A stretch of DNA of 64,000 bases from Chloroflexota bacterium. Lineage in GTDB: Bacteria; Chloroflexota; Anaerolineae; Anaerolineales; UBA11858. The translations under genes were made by a program, and so were the position numbers. Numbering within the stretch: position 1 is the first letter of the stretch; every line of letters begins with the position of its first letter. The notes under the pieces were generated by a model. The model was not told the origin of the DNA. It saw nothing but the letters and a program-made list of their open reading frames with translations, and made no database searches. Positions 49,469 through 59,278 of this stretch are shown piece by piece. Location: NCBI GenBank assembly GCA_018263575.1, contig JAANWX010000004.1, positions 39,464-103,463 on the forward strand, written 5' to 3'.

Positions 49469-50488
49469 TCACGCCGCCGCCCACCAATCCTCCCCTTCCA
49501 CCAGGCCAAACTCGACCAACTTTTCCCGGATAAGAGGCCTGGCATAGCGCGCCCGGACAGCGGCGAGCAAAACGGGGTTTTCGTAGCGCCCCCACCAGTC
49601 CATGAGATCCTCACGAGCGATGATGGGACGTCCCCGGCGGGTGCGGCCAATTTTTTTCGGGTCGATGTCCACAAAGGCCACGATAGGCTGTTTTTCTTCG
49701 CGAATGAGATGTTTGCTCAAGCGGCGCCCCGTCATCCCCGCCCCCCAAATGAAGACCGCATCCCGGCCTTGGAGTGGCCCCAGGGCAAGGTAATGTGCTT
49801 TGGCCCTCAAAAAGTTCTTCACACTATAGCGGCTGTCCGTATGCGTGACCCGTTCAGGGTGTTCGCGCCATTCCAGGAGAACGCGGGGGATTTTTGCGAA
49901 ACGTGCTCCGGCCAGGTACATTCGCAGCCAAAAATCGTAGTCTTCTGGCCAACCGTGTTCCTGGTACCCCCCTAAGCGTTCGAACCATGATTTTCGTATA
50001 GTAACGCTTGGGTTGGGGAGAGGGCTTTCGACGAAGATTTCCCGGCAGATGTCTTCGTGCGTGACGAGGGAATTCAGCCATTCATAATAAAGTTGAAATC
50101 CTTTCCCCACTTGTTCTTCCGGGAAGCCTTTTACCAGAGATCCTACAGCGGCGACGTCTGGGTGGGTGTTCAAATAGTCGACCTGGAGGGCAAGGCGTTG
50201 GGGATGAGCGCGGTCGTCTGCGTCCATGCGGGCAATGTACCGGGACTGGCAAAAGGTGACCCCCTGGTTTGCTGAACTGATGATTCCTGTGTGGGGCTTG
50301 GAAAAAGCTGAAAAACGGGCGTCGCGTTCCCCCCAATCCTTCAAAATTGCCAAGGTGTTATCTGTGGAGCCATCGTCCACGGCGATGACTTCGAAATCCT
50401 CCAGCGTTTGCGCGGCCAGGGAGGCGAGGGTCTCTTCGAGTGTGCGCTCAGCGTTGTAGCAGGTGATAAGGACAGAAACGGTAGGCAT
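49469..50488 (-). CDS. Glycosyltransferase family 2 with a C-terminal Rossmann-like extension
   Basis: VSVLITCYNAE, VDDGSTD, MDADD. Confidence 0.85.
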   Translation of the reverse strand: MPTVSVLITCYNAERTLEETLASLAAQTLEDFEVIAVDDGSTDNTLAILKDWGERDARFSAFSKPHTGIISSANQGVTFCQSRYIARMDADDRAHPQRLALQVDYLNTHPDVAAVGSLVKGFPEEQVGKGFQLYYEWLNSLVTHEDICREIFVESPLPNPSVTIRKSWFERLGGYQEHGWPEDYDFWLRMYLAGARFAKIPRVLLEWREHPERVTHTDSRYSVKNFLRAKAHYLALGPLQGRDAVFIWGAGMTGRRLSKHLIREEKQPIVAFVDIDPKKIGRTRRGRPIIAREDLMDWWGRYENPVLLAAVRARYARPLIREKLVEFGLVEGEDWWAAA

Positions 50489-50540
50489 GTTTTAGAGTTC
50501 TGGGGCAAGTGGAATGGGTAAGGTATCTTATCAATATTTT

Positions 50541-50595
50541 GGGGCAAAGACTTTCGAAGTCTCCAAATGCTTTTAGACTTCGGAAGTCTTGCCCC
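50541..50595. repeat. REP-like hairpin family D, copy 2
   Basis: GGGGCAAAGACTTTCGAAGTCT-12 nt-AGACTTCGGAAGTCTTGCCCC. Confidence 0.7.
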
Positions 50596-50625
50596 TGGTT
50601 TTTGAGAAGGCGCCGGGAAAATTAT

Positions 50626-51210
50626 TTAATTCTTGCCAAAATCTTTGGGGCGGAAGTCTGCGTCGTTTTTGATTTGCGCAATGCCATCACCTGTTGCGCT
50701 CAAGACGAATAAGCCTTGGCGGTAGGCGTATTTATCCGCGTCTTCTTCCACATCCAGCCCTGCCACGCCCCCATAGATTTTATAGCCTTGATAACGTGGA
50801 AAGAAGCCAGGAAATTCTTTCAGTGTTTCCAGAAAGTCACGCACGCTGTGAACGCGAAGTGTGCTTTTGACTTCTATTACCACTACCTCATCGCTATTCT
50901 CCAGCAAGATATCCAACTCCATTGTTTTACCGCCCACTTTCGCTTCTACCCGCCGGTAAGTGTAGTTGACGCTTATTCCCCGTTTTTGAAAAAGTTCGAG
51001 CGCGGTTGGCTCTACCAAGGCTTCAACCATCTTTCCCCATTGGCTGGTAAATAGGCCAGATAGCTCACTGATCTTCTTATCTGTTTCTTCGAATCGCTTG
51101 TCTAACCGCGCGTCTGTCTCTTCGATACGCTTGTCTAACCGTTCGTCTGTCTCTTTGAATAATTGCCACACTTCGTCTACGGCTTCTCGCCAGGTTCCTT
51201 GTGTTGTCAT
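50626..51210 (-). CDS. DUF3782-like coiled-coil plus PD-(D/E)XK nuclease-fold protein
   Basis: N-terminal 11-aa repeats (ETDERLDKRIE, three copies, encoded by 33-bp tandem repeats). ELDILLENSDEVVVIEVKS fits a D..E.K nuclease motif. Confidence 0.55.
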   Translation of the reverse strand: MTTQGTWREAVDEVWQLFKETDERLDKRIEETDARLDKRFEETDKKISELSGLFTSQWGKMVEALVEPTALELFQKRGISVNYTYRRVEAKVGGKTMELDILLENSDEVVVIEVKSTLRVHSVRDFLETLKEFPGFFPRYQGYKIYGGVAGLDVEEDADKYAYRQGLFVLSATGDGIAQIKNDADFRPKDFGKN

Positions 51211-51284
51211 TTTAGCCTCCTGTTTTCTTTACTACACCTACATTATACTGCATTTTCTGCCGCCTTGAGGCCCTATTTTCAATA

Positions 51285-51395
51285 AGACTTACGGAGTTGG
51301 GTAGACAACCCAATTGCATTGGGTGATTTTATTTGCAAAACCACGGCCAATTCGATTGGCCTGCTACCCTAGGACTACTATCAGTGTGTAAGTCC
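51285..51395. repeat. MITE-like repeat family F, long copy
   Basis: Ends GACTTACGGAG...GTGTAAGTC. Internal hairpin modules GGGTAG-AACCCAAT..ATTGGG and GGCCAATTCGATTGGCC-CTACCC. Confidence 0.65.
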
Positions 51396-51405
51396 TATTC
51401 AAATA

Positions 51406-52647
51406 TTACTTAGCCTTGATTTCTTCGGGGTGAATGATTTCTACCGCCAGAGTGTTGAGGGCCTTTGCCTCGGCGGGCGGGGTGTGGTTGGCTCGCCAAT
51501 AGTGGGTGAGAAGCTCAATGGGAGAGAGGCTGCCCACGGTCTGATCTTCCGGGAGGCGGATACGGGCTTCGGCGAGGGGGCGCTTTACGAGGTGAAGCTC
51601 GAAGGCCTGCTCGCGGTGTTCTAGGAGGGCGCTGTCATCAATGAGGGGAGACCAAGCGCGGGGGTATTCTAGCACCAGGCGCACGATGGCCCCTTGGAGT
51701 TGGGCGGGGGTAGGCAGGGCGGCCCGGAGTTGGGCGGTGATGTGTTCTTTGCTTTCGAGTTTGAGGTGTTTATCAACAAAGGGGCGGATGTTTGTTAGTT
51801 GATGCCAATTGACTTGTGTATTGCCGCGCTCAATTTCGGCGATAACGTAGAATTTATCGTCCTGAGCTTCTCCAAAATCTACCCGCTCGATGGAGCCAGG
51901 GTAAATGAGGGGGGGCATTTTTCCCTCTGGGTTGAGGTTTTGAGGTTTGTGGATATGCCCCAAGGCCACGTAATCCAGGCGGGGGTCACGCACAAGGGAG
52001 CCGGGCAGCACCAGGTCTTTGCCGAGCATCACCGTACGCTCTCCGCCATAGGTCGCCCCCTGCACTGAGGCGTGGGCGGTGAGGATGGTGGGTAGTTCGG
52101 GGTCGGCTTCATCTAGCCATTTTTGGATGACGTTGCTGAGCCGAGCCTCCATGGCCTGGTGGATTTTTTCCAGGTCACGGGTGTGGAGGTCAAGATAGGC
52201 CAACATGCGGGAGCGGGATAGCCAGGGGATGGCCAGAATCTGGAGCGGGAGGCCCTCCAGCGCGTCGGGGGAGAGGAAGCGGGGTTGGTCGATGATTTGG
52301 ACGTGGGGCACGCTCAGGGTATGGAATTCAGCCAGGGCGTGAGCGCGGCCCAGAGCGGGGGAGAGGTCGTGGTTGCCAACCAGCAGAAGGGTGGGAATCT
52401 CCGCCTTGGAGAGGCGCATGACCCGTTTCCCCCACTCCCGCTGGAAGGTGGGGGCCGGGTTGCGGTCTTTGTAGGCATCACCCGCGAAGATGACCAGGTC
52501 TACTTTTTCCTCGATGGCGGCCCCTACGATGGTGTCGAGCGATTTGAGGAAATCCATGACCCGCATGGGGAGTCCGGTCTCAGGGTCGTGGCGGCCGTAG
52601 TTGGCCATGTCGATGTGTGCGTCGGCGAAGTGGAGGAGTTTTAACAC
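51406..52647 (-). CDS. sbcD: SbcD/Mre11-type DNA repair exonuclease (metallophosphoesterase)
   Basis: HFADAHID, AGDAYKD, VGNHD, TAH and GHIH motifs. 413 aa. Confidence 0.85.
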   Translation of the reverse strand: MLKLLHFADAHIDMANYGRHDPETGLPMRVMDFLKSLDTIVGAAIEEKVDLVIFAGDAYKDRNPAPTFQREWGKRVMRLSKAEIPTLLLVGNHDLSPALGRAHALAEFHTLSVPHVQIIDQPRFLSPDALEGLPLQILAIPWLSRSRMLAYLDLHTRDLEKIHQAMEARLSNVIQKWLDEADPELPTILTAHASVQGATYGGERTVMLGKDLVLPGSLVRDPRLDYVALGHIHKPQNLNPEGKMPPLIYPGSIERVDFGEAQDDKFYVIAEIERGNTQVNWHQLTNIRPFVDKHLKLESKEHITAQLRAALPTPAQLQGAIVRLVLEYPRAWSPLIDDSALLEHREQAFELHLVKRPLAEARIRLPEDQTVGSLSPIELLTHYWRANHTPPAEAKALNTLAVEIIHPEEIKAK

Positions 52648-52653
52648 GCAGAC

Positions 52654-54315
52654 TTAATCCTCATAATGCACCGGCCAGCGGTAGCCGAGCAGGCGGTCTT
52701 TGGCCTGTGACATGATATTGACTTCGTTACTTTGGTTGCCGCCCAGAAGCCTGATATGGTTTGCTGTTTCGCTGATATAAAACCCAACGTGACCGCTGTT
52801 CGGGTCGGGAGGGCGCTTGAAAACGGCCACGCATCCCCGGCGGGAGGTGGCGAGGCGTTGGCCCCAGTTAGCCCATGAGCGCGCCCATGCTGAATCTGTT
52901 CCTTCGTAGTTACTTTTTTCCATGCACCAGTTCACAAAAGAGGAGCACCAGGGGGTTTCATCGTGTTTGGCATAAGAGGAATGGAGCGTAGTCGATTTGT
53001 GATATTCCACGATACGTGGATTGTCAGCAGAACCAGCAAATTCTTTGACGCCTCTTTCTTGGTAGGCAATTTTTAGCCAGGGAGGGTCTTCGCTATGGTC
53101 ATCGTCGCCGTCTTGAACCAGAACCAGGAATTTATGCGAAGCCCAACCTTCTAAGCCCCAGGTAGTTTTAATTTTGTACCAATAGAGATCGGGAGATTTC
53201 CCAAGCAAAGCTACCACATCACCTTCGTGCAATGCACCGATCACATTGCTGTCGAAAGAGCCTTTGTCACGCACATTGAGACTTTGGGCTGTAACTCTAT
53301 ATTTTTGATCCTGTTCACTTTCGGTGATCGTGAAGTGAGAGAAGTGATAGGTTATTCTATTGTCGATCAACCCCAGGGTATCATTTCCATTTTTGACCTC
53401 TCCTTTTGCGGACTGGGCTGTCCAGGTGATGTGCCTGGAGTTTCCTGTCCCGGAGTGTCCTGTTAGTTGGAAAGTGGCATTGGGCAGAAGCTGTGCGAAG
53501 AAAAAGAGGTACCAATTTTGTATATTCACTCGGCCCTGAATGGTACGTTTGGGCGTGATGTGGGCCGCATTGGCCGTATAGAGTTTGGCAACTTCTTCGT
53601 GGGAGTGGCTATTGAGGGCTTGAATATAAAGGTTTGCCATTTCACCAGTTGGGGGCGCGGGGGTCTCACTTGGGGGAGTAGCACTTGTGCTTTTAACTTT
53701 TTCATAAAAAGCATCTCTCATGTGATTTAAGTCGATCAAGCCATTGGCATTCCCTTGGAAACCGTATTTTGAAGCATCTCCACTGGCTGAATACTGCCAA
53801 ATTTCCCAGTCATCAGGGTCCCGGCTGTCAGGCATGGAAGGCGTATCTTCGGGGGATGCTATCCACAAGGGCAAGTTATCGTATTCGGCTGTGTATTTCC
53901 TAAGATGGTCTTGGTAATAATACTTGGCGGTATAGATAATGCCAGGTATCTTTAATACCTCTTCTACTTTCTTGAAGAATTGTATTGCTCCCAAAGCGTA
54001 GTCTTCATCAGGATGGTTAAAATATCCCTCCATGTCTACAGCGAAGAAATCAAAATCCTGGTCTTTAATTAGGTTTATAAACCTATCTGCCTGATATTTC
54101 CAACCTCTTTCACTGGCGTAGTAATGGTAGACACCGCGCACAGCCACGCCCTTCAATAAGGGAGCATTTTGCTCGAAATGAGAATCAACAGTGAAAGTAT
54201 TTGTCTCAGAACCAACATAACTCGAGCGCGTGATGATAAAATCAGGCGGATTGTTCGATAACGCCTCTTTATCTACTGACCTTTGATGCTTACTAATATC
54301 AATTCCGTGCTTCAT
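52654..54315 (-). CDS. Multidomain cell-wall hydrolase: GH25 muramidase + NTF2/SnoaL-like + SH3b + TIGR02594/CHAP-like amidase
   Basis: N-terminus GIDISKHQ...FAVDMEG (GH25). SH3b-like YRVTAQSLNVRDKGS...GWASHKFL. C-terminus PWCSSFVNWC...GHVGFY (Cys-His papain-like). No signal peptide. Confidence 0.7.
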   Translation of the reverse strand: MKHGIDISKHQRSVDKEALSNNPPDFIITRSSYVGSETNTFTVDSHFEQNAPLLKGVAVRGVYHYYASERGWKYQADRFINLIKDQDFDFFAVDMEGYFNHPDEDYALGAIQFFKKVEEVLKIPGIIYTAKYYYQDHLRKYTAEYDNLPLWIASPEDTPSMPDSRDPDDWEIWQYSASGDASKYGFQGNANGLIDLNHMRDAFYEKVKSTSATPPSETPAPPTGEMANLYIQALNSHSHEEVAKLYTANAAHITPKRTIQGRVNIQNWYLFFFAQLLPNATFQLTGHSGTGNSRHITWTAQSAKGEVKNGNDTLGLIDNRITYHFSHFTITESEQDQKYRVTAQSLNVRDKGSFDSNVIGALHEGDVVALLGKSPDLYWYKIKTTWGLEGWASHKFLVLVQDGDDDHSEDPPWLKIAYQERGVKEFAGSADNPRIVEYHKSTTLHSSYAKHDETPWCSSFVNWCMEKSNYEGTDSAWARSWANWGQRLATSRRGCVAVFKRPPDPNSGHVGFYISETANHIRLLGGNQSNEVNIMSQAKDRLLGYRWPVHYED

Positions 54316-54404
54316 GGTTGCCTCCTTTTTCTAAACCACTGGTATTTTCTCAAAATTTGGGGACAAGGATATGGGCCAAATTGGTAATTCGGCTACTAAT
54401 AGGT

Positions 54405-54527
54405 TTGACAATGGCGCATTGGTGGGTAGTAACCCAATCAGATTGGGCGATTGGCATCTGGCTAACGGCCTAGCCGCCGACCAGGTTGGCTCGCTACCCC
54501 AAGAGCATTGAAATGTGACATTGTCAA
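54405..54527. repeat. MITE-like element related to family F (TIR TTGACAATG)
   Basis: TTGACAATGGCGCATTG...CAATGAAATGTGACATTGTCAA. Internal GGGTAG-AACCCAAT..ATTGGG and ..CTACCCC modules. Confidence 0.6.
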
Positions 54528-54646
54528 GTTGGGGATGGGGAATCTTATCATCAGGAACTAGATATCACGAAATAGGAATAGCCTTTAGCGTGTACCTAGT
54601 TTGAGTGTATCATAAAAGTTACGCAAGGTCAATTAATGCCCACTTT

Positions 54647-55966
54647 TTACTCGCCTCGCAGCCTTTCCAAGTGATACCAGCCCGTCTCGAATTTTTCATT
54701 CAATTCCACAGCCTCTTCTAGATCAGCAATAGCGCCTGAGACATCTCCCAGCGCCTCCTTGGCAAGTGCGCGCCAGTACCAAGTCTCCTCGATAACTGGT
54801 TCGCTGACATTTTCGATGGTCTGCGTGGCCAGGTTGAGCACGTCATAGTAGCGGCCTGTATAGAAATAGGCCCAATAGGGACCGGTTTGGTACCACATCA
54901 TGCGCCAGGGACGTTCTTCTTCACTCAACTCTGAATAAATTCGGAAAGCTTCATCGTAGGCAAGGGCGGCCCCGGTGTAATCATCCAGCGCGACCAGGTT
55001 GGTTCCGCGATTGAACCAGGCGAAGTATTGCGGGCGCCCGCTGAGCGCGTAAATCTCGTTGGAGGCCTTGGCGGCCGCTTGCTGGTAGGTATACACTTCG
55101 TCAACATGGGGGCCAAGGAGTTTAAAGACTTCAGACTCCTTTTCAGGTGGATAGACAATGATATAAAGATAATTGAACGCCCGCCAGCGGTTTTCCAAGT
55201 CTTGGTAGGGTGCGGCAATCTGGGGGCCAAGGTATGAGTCTTGAACATAAAACTCGCTTTCTGCGTCATCGTAGGCATTGACCACTTCGTAGTGCCCCAT
55301 CCATCCTGTAAATTCCACATCTTCTCTGGGATCTTCGAACCCTGTTTCTAGGAGGACGGGAAAACCGGCCGCGACAAAGCTTTTGATGAGTTTCAGGTCG
55401 CCGCCCACACGGTAGAGGGCTTTGAAATCGGTCTTTTCATTGACAAAGGTGACCATTTCATACGGCATAACGTTTTTATCTCGTTGATTAGGTTTGAGAT
55501 AAGCCGCTGTGACTCGTTGGTTGCCTTTCCAACCCCAAAAAGATAGATTCATGGACAAATTGGCCGGCCCACAGTTATTCCATAATTGATACTCATGGTT
55601 AATGCCTGGTAAAAGAGCCAGCGTGGGAAGGGGCGTCGGGGTTGGGGTTGGCGTTGGGGTAATGGTGGGCGTGGTCTCCGGATGGGGAGTGTTGGTGAGT
55701 GTGGGAGTAAGGGTCGGCGTGGGCGTTGGCGTACGAGTAAGAGACTGGAGCGTAGCCGCCGCAATATCATCAATTTGCGCTTGTTGGTTGCTGGGGATGA
55801 AAACTTCCTCCTCAGGCGGATTGAGGGCATATTTTATCCGTGCTTTCCAGCTATCGATTCGCCAGGCCAAACGTTGATTGATGTAAGGAACTTGATAGAG
55901 GAAAACTGCTAATACGATCATAATGGGGATCGCCAGCAGAAGGTAGCGCAGATTTTGTTTTTTCAT
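54647..55966 (-). CDS. Membrane-anchored peptidase C39-like (C39_2/BtrH-like) domain protein with C-terminal TPR repeats
   Basis: N-terminal TM, a TPTPTP linker, QLWNNCGPANLSMNLSFWGW, and TPR-like repeats at the C-terminus. Confidence 0.65.
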   Translation of the reverse strand: MKKQNLRYLLLAIPIMIVLAVFLYQVPYINQRLAWRIDSWKARIKYALNPPEEEVFIPSNQQAQIDDIAAATLQSLTRTPTPTPTLTPTLTNTPHPETTPTITPTPTPTPTPLPTLALLPGINHEYQLWNNCGPANLSMNLSFWGWKGNQRVTAAYLKPNQRDKNVMPYEMVTFVNEKTDFKALYRVGGDLKLIKSFVAAGFPVLLETGFEDPREDVEFTGWMGHYEVVNAYDDAESEFYVQDSYLGPQIAAPYQDLENRWRAFNYLYIIVYPPEKESEVFKLLGPHVDEVYTYQQAAAKASNEIYALSGRPQYFAWFNRGTNLVALDDYTGAALAYDEAFRIYSELSEEERPWRMMWYQTGPYWAYFYTGRYYDVLNLATQTIENVSEPVIEETWYWRALAKEALGDVSGAIADLEEAVELNEKFETGWYHLERLRGE

Positions 55967-56080
55967 ATTGGTGGCATTATAACACTACTTAGCACTTGGA
56001 GGTTAATCTTGGCCTATTTCTCAGGGCGGGACACCTTTTTCCAATCTCCAATTTCCAACATATATTATTCTATTTCCCCC

Positions 56081-58234
56081 CTATTCCAACACATCCCTCG
56101 CCTTCGGCCCCTCCTTAGGAGGCCCAATAAGCGATTCCTCAGCCATGCGCTCAATGAGACGGGCGGCGCGGGTATAGCCGATGCGCAACTCGCTTTGCAG
56201 CATAGAAATCGAGGCCCGATCCTTCTCTTTTACCAATTCCACAGCCTCCTCCCAAAGAGGGTCACGGCCTTCTTCCTTTTTCATGTCTTCCCACATTTCT
56301 TTTTGTTTGAGGGGAATTTTAGGAATAGGAGCATCGGGTTCCCCACGGGCGGCGGTTTTTGTTTTCGGGTCACGGAGTTGCGCGCCCACAAAACGCCAAT
56401 AGCGCACCAGGCGGTTGATCTCGCCATCGGAGACGAAAATACCCTGAAGGCGAACCGGGGCCGGGGCATCTGGGGCCTGAAAGAGCATATCTCCCCGCCC
56501 AAGGAGGGTTTCTGCCCCAGGGTGGTCAATGATCACCCTGCTATCTACCCCAGAAGCGGTGGCAAACGCTATTCGGGCCGGGAAATTGGCCTTAATAAGC
56601 CCGGTGACAACATTTGTGGAGGGCCGCTGGGTGGATATAATGAGGTGAATGCCGGTAGCCCTGGCCAACTGGGCAATGCGGGTGATAGCACGCTCTGTTT
56701 CGGTGGGGGCCAGCATCATCATATCCGCCAACTCGTCGATAATTACCACCAGGTAGGGAAGCTTTTTTCCTTCCTGGGAACCCATTTTCTGGTTGTAGTC
56801 GATAATGTTGCGTGCCCCTACCTGCGAAAATTTATGGTAGCGCTGATCCATTTCTCTGCTTACCCATTGCAGAACCCCCACCACCCGCTCCAGGTCAACC
56901 ACCACCGGAGCTAAAAGATGAGGAATGCCATCGTAGCCTGTAAGCTCCACGCGTTTGGGATCGACCATAATAAAGCGCAAATCATCGGGTGTGTGATGGA
57001 GCAGCAGGCAGCTTATGAGGCCGTTGATGCAAACACTTTTCCCTGACCCGGTTGTGCCGGCTATCAGCAAGTGGGGCATAAGGGTTAAGTCAGCCGCCAC
57101 CGCAACTCCCGAGACATTTTGCCCCAAAGCAAATTTAAGGGGAGCATCCAGGGCTTGGAAACTTTGGCTCTGAATGGCGTCCCGCAAGGCCACGAGGGCA
57201 ATCTCATCGTTGGGGACTTCTACACCCACAAACCCTTTGCCGGGCACAGGAGCTTCTATGCGGATGCGTTTGGCGGCCAGCGCCAGGGCCAGGTCATCTG
57301 CCAGGCCGGAAATTTTACTGACCCGCACGCGGCGCTTTCTGTTGCTGACCTCGATATAGTCCGGTTCTACCCCAAATTGGGTGATGGTTGGGCCACGGTT
57401 TATCTCAATTACGTGGGCGGGAGCATTGAACGAGGCCAGGGTGTCCTCGATAATTTGCGCCCGGTGGAGATCATATTCTTCGTCAGGTTCTATATCTTGT
57501 CCTATATTGAGTATGTCGGAGATTTGCGGCAAGACCCACGCTAGGGGCCTTTCTCTCTCGGTGGGGGATTGAAAAGCCGGGCGGGATTCTGGTGGTGGGG
57601 AAGGGGCCGGGGGTCGCCTTTTCCGGGAGCGGGAGGCTGGACGGTCCCGCCGGGCCGGTTGTTTGCGTTTCGTGGTCAGATCGGCCCATGCCTGGAGGAA
57701 TCTCTCTTTTAAAGGCGTTGCCCAGCTAAAGAGTTCCAATACGGTCTTGTCTAGGGCTAGGGACAGGCCCAAAACCAGCCACGCCAGGAAGGCGATAGCG
57801 GTCCCCCCTTTCCCAAAAACAGCCTGGAGCGGGGCCAAAAGCAGCGCACCAAGATATCCTCCCCCGTGGCCGTCCTTGGCTGTGGCCTTGGCAGCAGAAA
57901 AATCTTCCGGAAAGGTGAAGTAATGCAGGCTGGCTACTAATAATGAATAGAGAAGGAGTATCCCTACCAGGTTTTCTGTCGAGAGGTGGGGGACGTTTTC
58001 AAAACGGCGGATGAGAAGCCAGAGACCCAGGCCGATGAGTAGGAACGGGAAGAGGTAAAAAGTCCACCCTAGCCCCTTTTTTAGGAAAGAGACCACAAAG
58101 CCCATCCCACTGCTATTATTGATCGAAACGAGCAAGAGAATAATGAGGCCGCCCAGGACAGTCATCCCTGTGCCCCATAAATCTAATTTTCGATCTAGTT
58201 TGGAAAGAGGTTTAGAATTATTTTTTTTGGCCAT
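56081..58234 (-). CDS. ftsK: DNA translocase FtsK/SpoIIIE
   Basis: 4-5 N-terminal TM, Walker A GTTGSGKS, Walker B IIDELAD, C-terminal gamma winged helix (ISMLQSELRIGYTRAARLIERM). Confidence 0.93.
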   Translation of the reverse strand: MAKKNNSKPLSKLDRKLDLWGTGMTVLGGLIILLLVSINNSSGMGFVVSFLKKGLGWTFYLFPFLLIGLGLWLLIRRFENVPHLSTENLVGILLLYSLLVASLHYFTFPEDFSAAKATAKDGHGGGYLGALLLAPLQAVFGKGGTAIAFLAWLVLGLSLALDKTVLELFSWATPLKERFLQAWADLTTKRKQPARRDRPASRSRKRRPPAPSPPPESRPAFQSPTERERPLAWVLPQISDILNIGQDIEPDEEYDLHRAQIIEDTLASFNAPAHVIEINRGPTITQFGVEPDYIEVSNRKRRVRVSKISGLADDLALALAAKRIRIEAPVPGKGFVGVEVPNDEIALVALRDAIQSQSFQALDAPLKFALGQNVSGVAVAADLTLMPHLLIAGTTGSGKSVCINGLISCLLLHHTPDDLRFIMVDPKRVELTGYDGIPHLLAPVVVDLERVVGVLQWVSREMDQRYHKFSQVGARNIIDYNQKMGSQEGKKLPYLVVIIDELADMMMLAPTETERAITRIAQLARATGIHLIISTQRPSTNVVTGLIKANFPARIAFATASGVDSRVIIDHPGAETLLGRGDMLFQAPDAPAPVRLQGIFVSDGEINRLVRYWRFVGAQLRDPKTKTAARGEPDAPIPKIPLKQKEMWEDMKKEEGRDPLWEEAVELVKEKDRASISMLQSELRIGYTRAARLIERMAEESLIGPPKEGPKARDVLE

Positions 58235-58387
58235 ATCATCAGGCTGGTGACATTGTCAAGTAGTCGAGATTTACATCTCGGAGCGGGGTATAAAAACTAT
58301 CCCAAGGGGCAGAAGGCCATATGCAATCGCCCTGACTTGGATTATAGCATGAGAAGTAGCAGGTTGGGGACTGCCATCACTCTCTTT

Positions 58388-59278
58388 CTACCCCATCAAC
58401 TTACGGGATTTTTCTACACAATCATAAGATCCCATGACCGTAACCTGATCACCTGGTTCTAAGCGTGTATGGCCTCGCGGGACAATTAGCTCATTGTCTC
58501 TACGTATGGCCAAAATTGCTAAATCCTTTGGCAAATCCAGTATTTGTAAAGGGCGGTTCAGGTAACCGGAATCCTTGACGACTACCTCGCAAATTTCACG
58601 ATCATCATCGACCCGGGTCAAGAGTTCATACGCGGTGGGGTTGCGAATGAGCATGGCCAATAAGACAGCCTGGTCGGTAGCGGCATTCATGGGCGTGACA
58701 CCCAGCCTGGTAAAGCGAGGGAGCGCCCTAGGAACCGTCACCCGGGCCACTACGTGATCAATCCCATAATTCGAACGCACATACTTGCACACTCGATAAT
58801 TTTTTTCCACATCGCTGTGCAGACATACCAAACGCTCAGCTTCGTTCAGGTAAGAATCGGCTTCGGCATGATAACGATCAACGCTCGCCTGGACGGTCTC
58901 GAATCCGCGCTCGCGGGCCTGGACGATGTGCTCTTCTTTGGCATCCATAAGCACCACCCGGTCATTATGGCTGCGTAATTGCTCCGCAATCCGTAGTCCC
59001 AAGGGGCCGGCATCGACAATAATAATCGGCGAAGGTTCTTCGCGTTCCTCCTCAGGAATAAGGCGCAGGAATAAGGTCGGGGCGACCATAACGGTGATGA
59101 TCGCTACCAGGATAATGGCTGCGTTGACCGGCTCGGTGATCACCCCCAAACGGAGACAAATCCCGGAAGCGGCGATGATCAACGACAACCGCGCAGAGGT
59201 GAGTATCCCGGCCCCCAATGTCTTCCGCCAGTCAAAGTTCAGTCGATATATCAAAGCTGGGAGCATTTTTACGGCCAC
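58388..59278 (-). pseudogene. C-terminal fragment of a CPA2 (Kef-type) cation:proton antiporter with RCK (TrkA-N + TrkA-C) domains; probably truncated
   Basis: Only the last 2-3 helices of the exchanger domain are present (VAVKMLPALIYRLNFDWRKTLGAGILTSARLSL...). Then come RCK_N (IIIVDAGPLG) and RCK_C. It starts at a GTG, and the upstream 170 nt are decayed. Confidence 0.5.

Noticed and set aside
52654-54315. Prophage, inferred from the endolysin-like gene
   Set aside because: No integrase, holin, capsid, tail or terminase genes and no att-like repeats flank it. The neighbours are chromosomal genes, so at most it is a remnant.
55955-56914. 319-aa + strand ORF, plus many other long antisense ORFs (for example 8362-9352, 13985-14650, 17736-18389, 20344-21006, 25144-25806, 60351-60848, 63359-63943)
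   Set aside because: Each is antisense to a gene with clear family motifs (ftsK, mutS, MFS, ABC ATPase, AOR, rdhA-like, purH, hisA). Their Arg/Gly/Pro-rich composition is typical of shadow frames in GC-rich DNA.
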